DNA of 63,982 nt, filler included, from Intoshia linei (lineage: Eukaryota > Animalia > Orthonectida): assembly GCA_001642005.1 (NCBI GenBank). It is 6 parts of 6 records of this genome, joined end to end, with 100 filler letters (N's around TTAATTAATTAA, not from the genome) between each part and the next. Parts side by side here need not be neighbours in the genome. Positions count along the whole stretch, not along the records: positions 43,718 to 58,780 come from LWCA01000931.1; positions 58,881 to 62,794 come from LWCA01002009.1; positions 62,895 to 63,982 come from LWCA01002796.1; 3 more parts are not named here. One strand, 5' to 3'. Position numbers and translations under genes: made by a program. Positions 53,801 to 63,982 of the stretch are shown piece by piece (position 1 is the stretch's first letter; the number at the start of each line of letters is the position of its first letter). Under the pieces are notes generated by a model that was not told where the DNA came from, did not search any database, and was given only the letters and a program-made list of their open reading frames with translations.

Positions 53801-55858
53801 CCCTTCTACCGATGGATCTCAACGAATAATTTTTAAAACGGGGCTTTAATTTACTAAATTGAGAATAAAAAAATTTTTTGAATATTAACTAATTTGTGTG
53901 TTTAATTTAAAATGTCAACTCAAGAGTCTTAAAAGATGGATAGGGTTATATGACATTATAATTCGGTTATAATTTTTTTTAAAGGGATATTTTTCATTTT
54001 AGGAGTGGCCACGAGCTTTCTAGGGTCGGTTTTGGGAATGAATAAGAATTCGAATAGTTTTATATAATTAAATTGAACTAAGTTGATCGTTATATAGATT
54101 AAATTTAACGCATGTGAAAATTATTCATGTTATTCCGTAAATTTTCACTTCGTTTTTATAAAATGCCATTTACGTTCACTAATAAAAATAAATGAACGAT
54201 AATGAATAGTATTCTAATTTAATATTATTATTATAATAAAGGTTATCTTCATTTTATTAAAAATTTTTCTTGTGGACCACCTAAAATTTCCACTTTGTGG
54301 ACCATTTTGGGAACCACTGCCATAGACCATAGTCAATTATCTAGCAGTTACTAGGCATGTATTATACGTAATTATAATTATATAATAATCTCACAATCTA
54401 CAGCTTTTTGTAGCTTATTGCATTTTTGACTGGTCGTATTATTTTCCTGGTCTAAATGATAAATATATATGGAAACGATTTCTAAATAATTCCAATTCTA
54501 CACATGGAAAAAACTAATCAAAATTTAATGATGTATAATTCTGTCACACGTATATTTTAATTAATATGATTAATAAATTAATTCAATCATAAGAGATCTA
54601 TTTGAAAAATTTATTTTTAAAAAAAAATTAATTGGTTTTATTAAAATAATTGATTGCAATCATTTATTTCCAATCCCCTGATATACAACAGTGCTATGAT
54701 TCGACGAAACTTACACTTTAAACGAAAAAATGAATCTGAAAAGTGTCCTAAAATGGTTCAAAGCACTATATAAAGAATAACATAATTTAAAGCAGGGTGG
54801 TCCAAACAGATGGATCGTGAGAACAAAAAAATAAATTTTACAAATTTGGCGGCCCGCAACATTAAGAAAAAATTTCAATAATTATTTCATCATTCCTTCC
54901 GAAATATTACTTCATCAGGATAAAGTAAAGAATCAGATTGCAATTCACACAACTTTAATCGCAGAGGGGATAGGGCCATATGGCCCGAGGAAATTTATTA
55001 GGCACATAAGTATATAAAAATTATGATGACGAATACGATTTACAACTGTCACAATTTACAGTACTTTACAGTACATTTACAGTAATTTACTGTAAAAGAA
55101 GTCACAATTTAAAAAAAAGTTATAGTGGCCTACAATTTCCATCTGACCCGGGCCTATTGCTACCTCTCCACGGCCCTGATTGTGTGACATATTAGCAATT
55201 TATACATTCATAGGATGTAGAACATTCAGTTAAGCGATGTATTGTTAAGGCGATATAATCATCGATTTTTTTAATTTATTTTTTGACAATATTTTTGTGG
55301 TTTCTTCAAAATTTCTTTAATGAAAATGACAAAATTTTTGTAGGGTTTTTAAGGGAAGTTTTTTTTACCAAATTTTTAAAGTTTTTTATGAATTATGGTT
55401 TAAATTTGATGGAATCTTCAAAATCTTTAAAAATTGGGTGAAAAAATGTTTCTTAAAAACCCTATCAAAATCAGTTCAAAATCTTCAAAAAAATTGTAGT
55501 AGAACAAAATTTCCTTTAAAAAAACTTAAAAAACAACAAAATTTCGTGAAAAAATGAATGATATGATAAATTAGTAAAATCGATGATTATGTTGCTCAAA
55601 TGAATGTCGCTCCAGAGAATGGACGTCTCATAGGATTATTCAAAATCGCCAAATTAGATTTAATAGAATCAAAATTCCACATCAATATTTAATTATATAT
55701 TTATTTTTTACCCATTTTACAAAATACTTTACTAAAAAATTACGCGGGTTCACACTTTGGACTACCCTGACTTAAACTATCATCACAACAAAAATTAACA
55801 ATGTAAAATAATTACCAATTTTAAGCAAAATCTTTGAAGCTTGACAATTCGTTTTCAT
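50810..55858 (-). CDS. Uncharacterised multi-exon coiled-coil-like protein (both ends approximate)
   Basis: In-phase chain of GT-AG exons: MKTNCQASKILLKI | DQENNTTSQKCNKLQKAVD | LYEVLNEKL..ILNR | NTLEQYIKP..LKLEIDNLKMLNEKVANEIVKVENEW. Further short exons lie at ~52700-51350. No family recognised. Confidence 0.55.
53525..54319. mobile_element. hAT-type MITE with a nested second MITE
   Basis: TIR cagtggttcccaaa/tttgggaaccactg with a perfect 8-bp TSD ccatagac on both sides. Internal caatgccgaacctacc..gggtcggttttg resembles the family seen at ~16703, ~48238 and ~48603-48828. Confidence 0.88.
54793..55769. mobile_element. hAT-type MITE carrying nested repeats
   Basis: TIR cagggtggtccaaa/tttggactaccctg; flanks atttaaag/acttaaac (6/8 match). 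Confidence 0.65.
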
Positions 55859-56331
55859 TTTCAAAATATTATTTAATTATAATTGATAGGAACTTTGAGT
55901 GATATTGAATTAACGCACATATTATATATTGTATATTACCTGTTAGATTTTGCGCCAACAAAAAATGCAACCAATGTTAATTTTAACATAAATAAATTTT
56001 TATTGATCAAATTGCAATATGCGTTAATTTTATGACAATAAAATCTCAACTGTTTTGGATTTTATCTCCAGCATCTAGCTTCCGAAGGAGGTTTTTTTCA
56101 TATGTATTTTTAATTTAGTTTCAAGTCAACTAAATGTGACTCACAATAGTGAATAATAACTTGTCCATTTTCAAGTTTTTATTGTATTCTTTACAACTTG
56201 TATAACTTACTCAAAATGGTGATGATCAATAATTGTTTTGATAATTATAATTGATAATTATTATAATAATTTTATACAAGAAAACTACATTTAATGAAAA
56301 AGTAAAAACTGCAAAATTTTCATGTTTTGCT

Positions 56332-58288
56332 TCATAGCTTGAGAGTATTATATTCCTTTTGTTTAAATTTCATGAACGCATCAATGTAATCACCTAAAAG
56401 TGAATGTATTGTATGTATATCTGGAAAATTAATGGTAAATTTTGATCCAAATCCATTATTGACTATTAAATAGTTTTCTGCAATGTAATAACTTTGAATA
56501 TTTTTTATATCCAAATTGTTTATTATCTGTAAAGACATATAAAAAATAATAAATTATAAATTTTGATAAAATGCACGCAATCGGCATTGAAAATAATGAT
56601 ACATTGTACAAATGAAATTTAAACCAATTTAGTTTTTGGGTTAACAATAACTATGCGTTTTTCGGATAACCCTAATTGTACTTTTGACTTCCTATTATTC
56701 TCAATCAACTAAAATAATTTTATAATGAATAATAAATATTTTTAATTAAGAAAGTAGACACAGATTAAGTTGTCAAAAAATGACAAGCCGTCAAAAAGGA
56801 TAACTTTTCACAAGTAATCCGCTCAATCTGACGCTACAGTACAAAGTACTTGAATTCAATATTTAAACTCACGTCTATAGAAAAAAATGAAAATCCAAAA
56901 ATCTCAATAGATTCAACATGCGAAATATACAACAATTTTGCCATATTTTGACTTTCTTTTTTCGCAATGCATTTGTATTTCTAAATGAAGATTTTATGAA
57001 AAATTTTGCAAAAAACCTTTTTTACATCTTTATAAATATTTTTATGTCGTTTGTATTCTGCTGAAAGAGTATATTGAACTCTATAAATTTTTAAAATTAT
57101 TTTTAAAAAATTGAAAATTTACATGTATTCTTTCTTCTTTTTCGCTTGTAAAAATTGAGAGTTTTCTACAAAAAGTTGTATTGCTGCAAGAAAAATGGCA
57201 TCTTTTAAATTTGTCAATATATTTCCAAATACAACACCATTTTTTAATTCTTCATACTTTATGTCACAGTTTTCTTTCTTTAATGTTCGTCTATTTGTGT
57301 TTGTATAAAAAAACTTTCGTCGCAATGTCAGTTTATCTTGTTCAGTCAATTCTAATGTTGATATTTTCTTCTTCATATTTATCCAATCGTCTATTTTTGT
57401 AGAATTAAAATGTATACAAATTTCAATTACTGTTTAAATTATTATTTTTAAGGCTCATGAATTTAAAATTACCCTTTTTGCAAATTTCCATATATTTAAA
57501 TTTTAAAATTTATCAAAAGAACATGTAACTTTTCATTTTTAATGTAATATTATCATAGATTCGCGCTGGGTGGAGAGGTATAAAACTGATATTTTAATTT
57601 AACTTTAAATACATCAGTTTGACAATATTTAAAGTTTACAGCATTCAGATTACGAAATGCGTAATCTGAATAGATTTAAAATAATTTGAGTACGATTTAA
57701 AAATGAATTATTATTTAATTTACATTAATGCTAATTAAAATTAATAAAAAATTATTACCTCCATCTTTTTTAGTGAACGCATATTGGTCTTCTTGAATTA
57801 TTCCTGAATTATAAATTATTTTAAAAGTACATGTAAATGTAAATAAATAATAGAATAATGTTATTATTTAGCTCGATATATGCCGATCCAAGTGACAAGG
57901 CCCACTATCCCTCCATACGATCCTTGTCGCGACTCCTCATTTAACTAGCCCTGTTGTAATCAACAACATTCTAATCTTTTAAAATATGTTTGACCCATTA
58001 AGTTTAATAATTTACTATTTTTAAAATTACCAAACTTTTTTCCTATTTTTTTAATTTCATCCTTTAATGTTAACACTATACTCAATTCGAAATAATATGA
58101 TTTATCAATAAATTGTATTAAAATTTTTATAGATTTGGATGTATAATATATTTTCCCCTAAATTTACATTATTAAAATATTATGGATCATTACATTATTT
58201 GGAAATTTGTAAAACGATAATGTTTTATCAGATTCCAACCAAATTTTCTTTTTTTTATCATCAATCAGTGTCAACCCGAAACTTTCAT
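56332..58288 (-). CDS. Divergent talin-type FERM (head) protein; 5' end lies at or beyond the gap
   Basis: ESFGL..KIWLESDKTLSFY (talin F0 FGL..GIWLE..L.YY); EDQYAF; WINMKK..LTLRRKFFY (talin LRRKFFY); AIFLAAIQ; AKLLYI..IFGFSFF; IHSLLGDYIDAFMK (talin IAQLIAGYIDII); then stop TGA at 56334-56332. Confidence 0.75.
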
Positions 58289-61200
58289 CTAAAATATATT
58301 TTATAGGAGTAAGACGAGTTGTATGTGTGGTCAAACCCTTCAACCATTAGGGCAGTCATTTCAAAACTGTGTGTCGTGAGAAGAAGGTTAGTGTACAGCA
58401 AAATTTTTTTTAAATCCTTACATATACATTGTGTATTACACAATTGATATAAAATTATTTAACTAAAAATGTACGTCTGTTTATTTATTTGTCTATTATC
58501 ATTTATAAACAATCTTAACAAAAAAATCGGAGCAGAGTTTTAAGAATATCAATTTATATGCTGTTTTTCAAGGTTGAGGCTTTATCGTAACTTTAATTTT
58601 CATTTATAGAGTAGTTCAAGGTCAAAACCACAAATTACCTTTGTTTTAAAAATTAAAAAAGTACTAGAATTTAACGATTTAAACAAGTTATATCGAATTT
58701 ATTGAAATGTGTATAAATTTTAACAATATTAACCCTTACGAGACAATTGCATGTATAGATGCCAAAAACTACACTCATAANNNNNNNNNNNNNNNNNNNN
58801 NNNNNNNNNNNNNNNNNNNNNNNNTTAATTAATTAANNNNNNNNNNNNNNNNNNNNNNNNNNNNNNNNNNNNNNNNNNNNCTTTATAATATAAATTTTTA
58901 TTTTTTACACATATTTCTGATTTTACAGTTTTTTCATATACTCTGCATAATATATTTATTCATTATTACAATTTTAACATTATTTGTACACTTACACCAT
59001 TTTATGAATTAAAATTATCATAAATTAATTAAATCTGTTAGTTTTAACATAATTTTTTCTATGCAACCCGTGTAATAATTTTTTTTCACATTTGGCCCGC
59101 CAAGCAAATTGAGTCTGACACCCTTGATCATGATGAAACGTAATAGTAATAATAATTATTATTAATAAATTACTTATTATTATTAGTACTACTAGTATTA
59201 TTACATTAGTATTTACTCACTTTTTAGGAAACAAACCTCCAATTGCTTGCAAAAATAAATTTAAATATGTTATCAAAGATTGTAACCGAAAATTTTTGAA
59301 TTTTGGAATGAAACATAATATTTCTGATAAAGTTAATAATAAATAATTATCCTTTATCCCTAAAAAATAAAAATCCCTAAATTATCTAAAAAATGAATCA
59401 TGTCTTTCATTTATTGTTTCAATGGCAAACGTACTTTTAGTAGTATTGTCGACATGTTGAATCAATATTGTTGAAATTTTTGAAATTTCGGTCGTGTGTA
59501 TCAAATTTGATACAATGCATTTTTTATAAATTACGGAGTGGCAGGACATTAATAATCATAATTTACTTGGATATTATAAAATTAAATGTGAGATATAGAA
59601 TTAAAATTTAATTGTATTAAAAAATTAATTAATATGTATTCTAAACCTTCACTTATACTATGATATTATAAATATAAAATCTTCATTAATATATGATGAA
59701 GTGGAAATATTAACAGTGTAAAATAAAAAAATACAATACTGCTGAGAAAGATTTATATTGTCTTTTCTAATATAAATATTTTTAAATATGATATATTAAT
59801 GATATTAAAAAAAATTTGATATTATATATGTATCAAATTTGATTGCCGTAATATTTAATAAATTAACATTCGTAGAATATAAATAAAGTCAGACTCGCCA
59901 ATAATGAAGCCTACATGTCAGATTTTTTTAAATTTTTGGATCTTTTAATATATTGGTATAATAGTAATCATAAACATTGTTACATCCATAAATTATATTT
60001 TTTCACCCAATTTTTAAAGATTTTGAAAACCCTTAAAATTTTTGACCTAAGATTATCTTCAAAACAGTTTAAAAATGGGTAAAAAATATTTCCTTAAAAA
60101 CCTTATTAAATTTTGGACCTAAAATTGTCTTTAAAATCTTTAAAAATTGCATATAAAAATTTTCCTTTAAAAAAACCCACAAAAATTTGGTCAAGAAATC
60201 AATAATGTAAAAATTAAAAATTATTTTTCTAAATTTATTATAATGAATTTGAACAATTTGTATAAAATAATAAACTTCCATAATCTTTACAATGGCGTAT
60301 TACAATTTTACAAAAAACATTCAGTATTAAAAAAATTTATTATTGACGTGTTGATATATTTAAATACATTATGAATAAAATTAAATGATAATAACTTTTT
60401 TATAAATTACAAAAAAAAATAAATTTCAGATTTTGTCTAAATATTGTAAATAATTTGATATTTTGTCAAAATATCGTGTGTGTAAGATATCGAGAATAAC
60501 CTGTATATGAAATTAATTGAAAAATAAAAATATATTTTCCAATATAATATATTATAGACTAGGTTGACTGTTATGTACTAGCTACAAAACAGCACCCTAG
60601 CTCTACCGAGGCACATTTTTATTATACCAAACAAATATTGGTTGATAATATATTAAAAATTATTATTTCACCGGGAATGCGTAGATTTCTGGGGTTGAAA
60701 TTTTGTATTTATATCATTTGGAATAAGCTCTATCAGAATAATCTTCTTTTTTTAATTTTCGGACCGTTAATTATTTGACATTTTTTGATTTACATGTTAA
60801 TAAAATATTTCGAAAAAAATATGATACTAAAATGCTTGTTTAACCGTGAAGTCGTCACTTATTCGGATTGAAATTTTTTGTGTATGTTAACAAAATATAA
60901 CTATACCACCTGTAATTTTTTTAAATTATAGGGCTATTTTAATTTAAAAAAAAGGTAATTTGTGGTTTTGGTCTTGAAGATACATTTTCTTTAAATTTAA
61001 ATTAATGTATTGGTTTTTAGAAAATAATTGATTGCACTCAATTATTTCCAATCCCTGTGGAGGAGTATGACTGTAAACCCAATTTATATATCAGTTTTTC
61101 TCAAGGGATGTTGATATATATTTTTCCGAATTTGTGTCCTACATGCATAAAAACCTATTTTTTCCTTTTGTTTAAAAATAAAATCAATCCAAAAATTTAA

Positions 61201-62169
61201 TAGACATAAATTCTGGGACGCTTTTAAAATTATAATTACTAATGTATATTTCTTCACAATTGAATTTGCATAAACAAAACATAATTAGTATAATTAATAG
61301 TATAATTAATATTAGTATAATTATTAATTATACATGTAGTATACATTTTTAACAGTAACTAACATAATAAAAGTTTCTATTTTAACATTATAATGTAATT
61401 AACTTAGAAGGTAATATAATGTGAAAGGTAACTATTAATTTAAAATAACTTTCAGTATTTTTTACTAATTTAGTTAGAAATATTACAGTAATATGTCCAA
61501 AAATATAAATTTTATATTAAAATGTAATGTTTACGTATATATTACCTACCCACGTAAGTTACAAACACATCTGTGATCCCTTCGTTGATATATTATTATT
61601 AATACATTAACATTAATGTAATTGTATATTTTAGAGTTTTTCTAATCTGATCATGAGGACGTCTAAGCATGCAAACCGTTTATTAACTTACACTAAACAA
61701 AACTGTGAAAGTCAATACTTCATATTATTGAATGAAATGTGGAAGACATTATTTTATTTAGTATATTTTTATGTATATGTTACAGGCAATTTTCAAATTT
61801 TGACAAGCAACATGAATAATAATTCAGATTTGAAAATTGGCTGAAATTTGCAAATTTGACCTAATACTTGTTCAAAATGTTCCAATCATTTTTTATTCTG
61901 TGTTCATTTACATTATTTTGAAATTTTATCAGTCTTTCATAATATTCCCAATATTTATCAACGCTTAATGTTTTTCATCAATTGAAATTGAATACAACGT
62001 TTATAATTTGAAAATGGCCTGTAACATATACAAGATATGAGTACTTATTCTCCTTTTGAGCTAGTGTTTGGTCCACACAGAACAATGTGTTCTAATATAA
62101 ATGATATACCTGCCAATTTACATTGTACATGTAGTATCCCTAAAATTTAGATTTTAACACACCTTAGAG

Positions 62170-62571
62170 CAGCGGTTCTCAAAAGGGGGTACCAGCTCGT
62201 CTGATACATGAATAAATTATAAAATTTTTTTAGTTCATAATAATAATTAAAAATAAAAATTAATTTGTAATAATATACTTAGTTCCTTCTGTATTTACGT
62301 CTATTTGATAGTCTCTGTGATTTTAATGTTGCATATTAAATAATATTTAATAAATATATGTACGACGTACTTATTCCGTCAGTTCAATCATTAACCATTT
62401 TTCATATATCCATTTTGTGTCAAGTAGAGTTTTAACAATTTTAAATTTTTAATAAAATTATTTTAATTTATATGGTGCCATAGTTATACTAAATTTAAAT
62501 TATTATTAGGGGTACGAAATTATTTTTTTCAGTTTAGGGGTAGCAACTGTGAAGTATGTTGAGAACCGTGG
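62170..62571. mobile_element. hAT-type MITE
   Basis: TIR cagcggttctcaa/ttgagaaccgtgg; perfect 8-bp TSD ccttagag. Confidence 0.82.
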
Positions 62572-63031
62572 CCTTAGAGCATACATTATCCAACTTAGGT
62601 CTGGAAAATTATAGGATTAAAATTGAAAATTTTGAAACAACAATTAAAATGTATTGTTTTAACGATTTGATATATATTTTTAAAATGTTACTAACTACAT
62701 TAATACACGTTATTATAACACTATACACATATACGTGTGTACATTAGGGTGTTAACTTTTTGATCGAATTTTAGAAATTAAAAAATACAGGGCCNNNNNN
62801 NNNNNNNNNNNNNNNNNNNNNNNNNNNNNNNNNNNNNNTTAATTAATTAANNNNNNNNNNNNNNNNNNNNNNNNNNNNNNNNNNNNNNNNNNNNATCAGT
62901 TAAAAGTATAAAATTAATATTAAACACATTCTCTAGTCGCACATATGAATACCTGCGCATTAACGTGTCTCCATCGTATTATTGTTATATTTCTTAATGA
63001 GCAATTTTTTCTTTGTTATATTTTATAAGTA

Positions 63032-63982
63032 CAGTATTCTCTCTATAACTCGCCAATTCTCTATTTCGCCATATGATTATTATTGTAATATATATGGATG
63101 GATCAATATGCTAAAAATTAAATGTGCTATGATATCTGACGTAATGATTCTAGAAAAAGCTCGAAATATTGCAAATGAAAATCTATCTTTATCAAATTTT
63201 AAATGCTCTTCTGGTTGGCTCATTAAATTTAAAAATAAAAACAATTTGAAATTAAAAAAATAACATGGTGAAGTGTATAAAAATGAAGAAGACTATTCCA
63301 TTTTTTTCAGTGTATTAAATAAAAAAATCAAACTGTACAAACAAAAATACATATATAATAATCTAGACGCAACTGGATTATTTTACAAGATGATACCATC
63401 TAAGACTATTTGCAATAAAATAAGAGCTGGCCATAAAAATTTTAAAGATAGGGTCTCAATAATGTTTTGCTCAAATTTTGATAATTCTCATAAACCCAAA
63501 CCAATTCTTATAGTTAGATCATTTAAACCTAGATGTTTAAAATGATTTAACTATCAAAATTATATACAATATTTTACATTCAAAAGAGCATGGATGGCTA
63601 GTGATATATTTAATCGTTTTCTTAACAAATTTAATACCGACTGCGTAAAAAATTGTACAAAAATTTTACTCTTAATGGACAACTGCCCAGCTTACAAAAT
63701 AACAGGAACCTTTTCAAACATTGAAATAATGTCTTTCCCTCCCAATTCCACTGGAATATTGCAACCAATGGATAGAGGGATAATCCATTCATTTAAATCA
63801 AAATTCAATAATTACAAATTATCATTTATTTTGAATAAGTTTGAAAAAGGTGAATCTGTATATAATGCTTATAAAAAATTAACATTAAGAGATACATTTA
63901 TATTTGCGGATCTATTCTGGAATAAAGTAACGCAATCAACAATTTTGAATTGTTTTAAACATTTACATAATAATCAGAATGG
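63032..63982 (+). mobile_element. pogo/Tigger-like transposon with disrupted transposase (runs off the window)
   Basis: ta|cagtattctctctataac left end; FKCSSGWL.KFK; *HGE; LDATGLFYK; KDRVSIMFCSN; KPRCLK*; AWM; LLLMDNCPA; FPPNSTGILQPMD.GII. In-frame stops and a 5' deletion. Confidence 0.9.

Noticed and set aside
59217-59455. MSTILLK start plus a following exon as the talin-like N-terminus
   Set aside because: Resembles a talin start, but I could not splice it in phase to the 58288 exon and an assembly gap intervenes.

Overview
Very AT-rich, intron-containing eukaryotic DNA, not prokaryotic. The gene set is animal-like (alpha2delta, tropomyosin, talin-type FERM, Fox). Most introns I could bound are tiny (about 34-70 nt, clustering at 36-42 nt), and the standard genetic code fits. 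This resembles a compact-genome invertebrate such as an orthonectid (inference only). Five N-gaps each carry a TTAATTAATTAA six-frame-stop linker, so adjacency across gaps is unverified. Hand-spliced genes: importin-5, a degenerate Rab-like GTPase with an in-frame TAA, a calcium-channel alpha2delta subunit, a partial beta-helix/Cys-rich protein, an intronless divergent forkhead gene, ATPAF2 (its 6-kb intron hosts an antisense orphan signal-peptide gene), a 4-TM protein, RPL26, 5' exons of tropomyosin, ING3, an orphan coiled-coil gene and an apparently head-only talin-like FERM gene. Large introns and intergenic DNA hold decayed pogo/Tigger, hAT and Gypsy elements, many MITEs with target-site duplications (TSDs), a DINE-1/HINE-like dispersed repeat, and a fold-back minisatellite. 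No rRNA, tRNA or CRISPR array was recognised. Homology calls come from remembered motifs, not database searches. I found several unusual genes but no multi-gene novel system.
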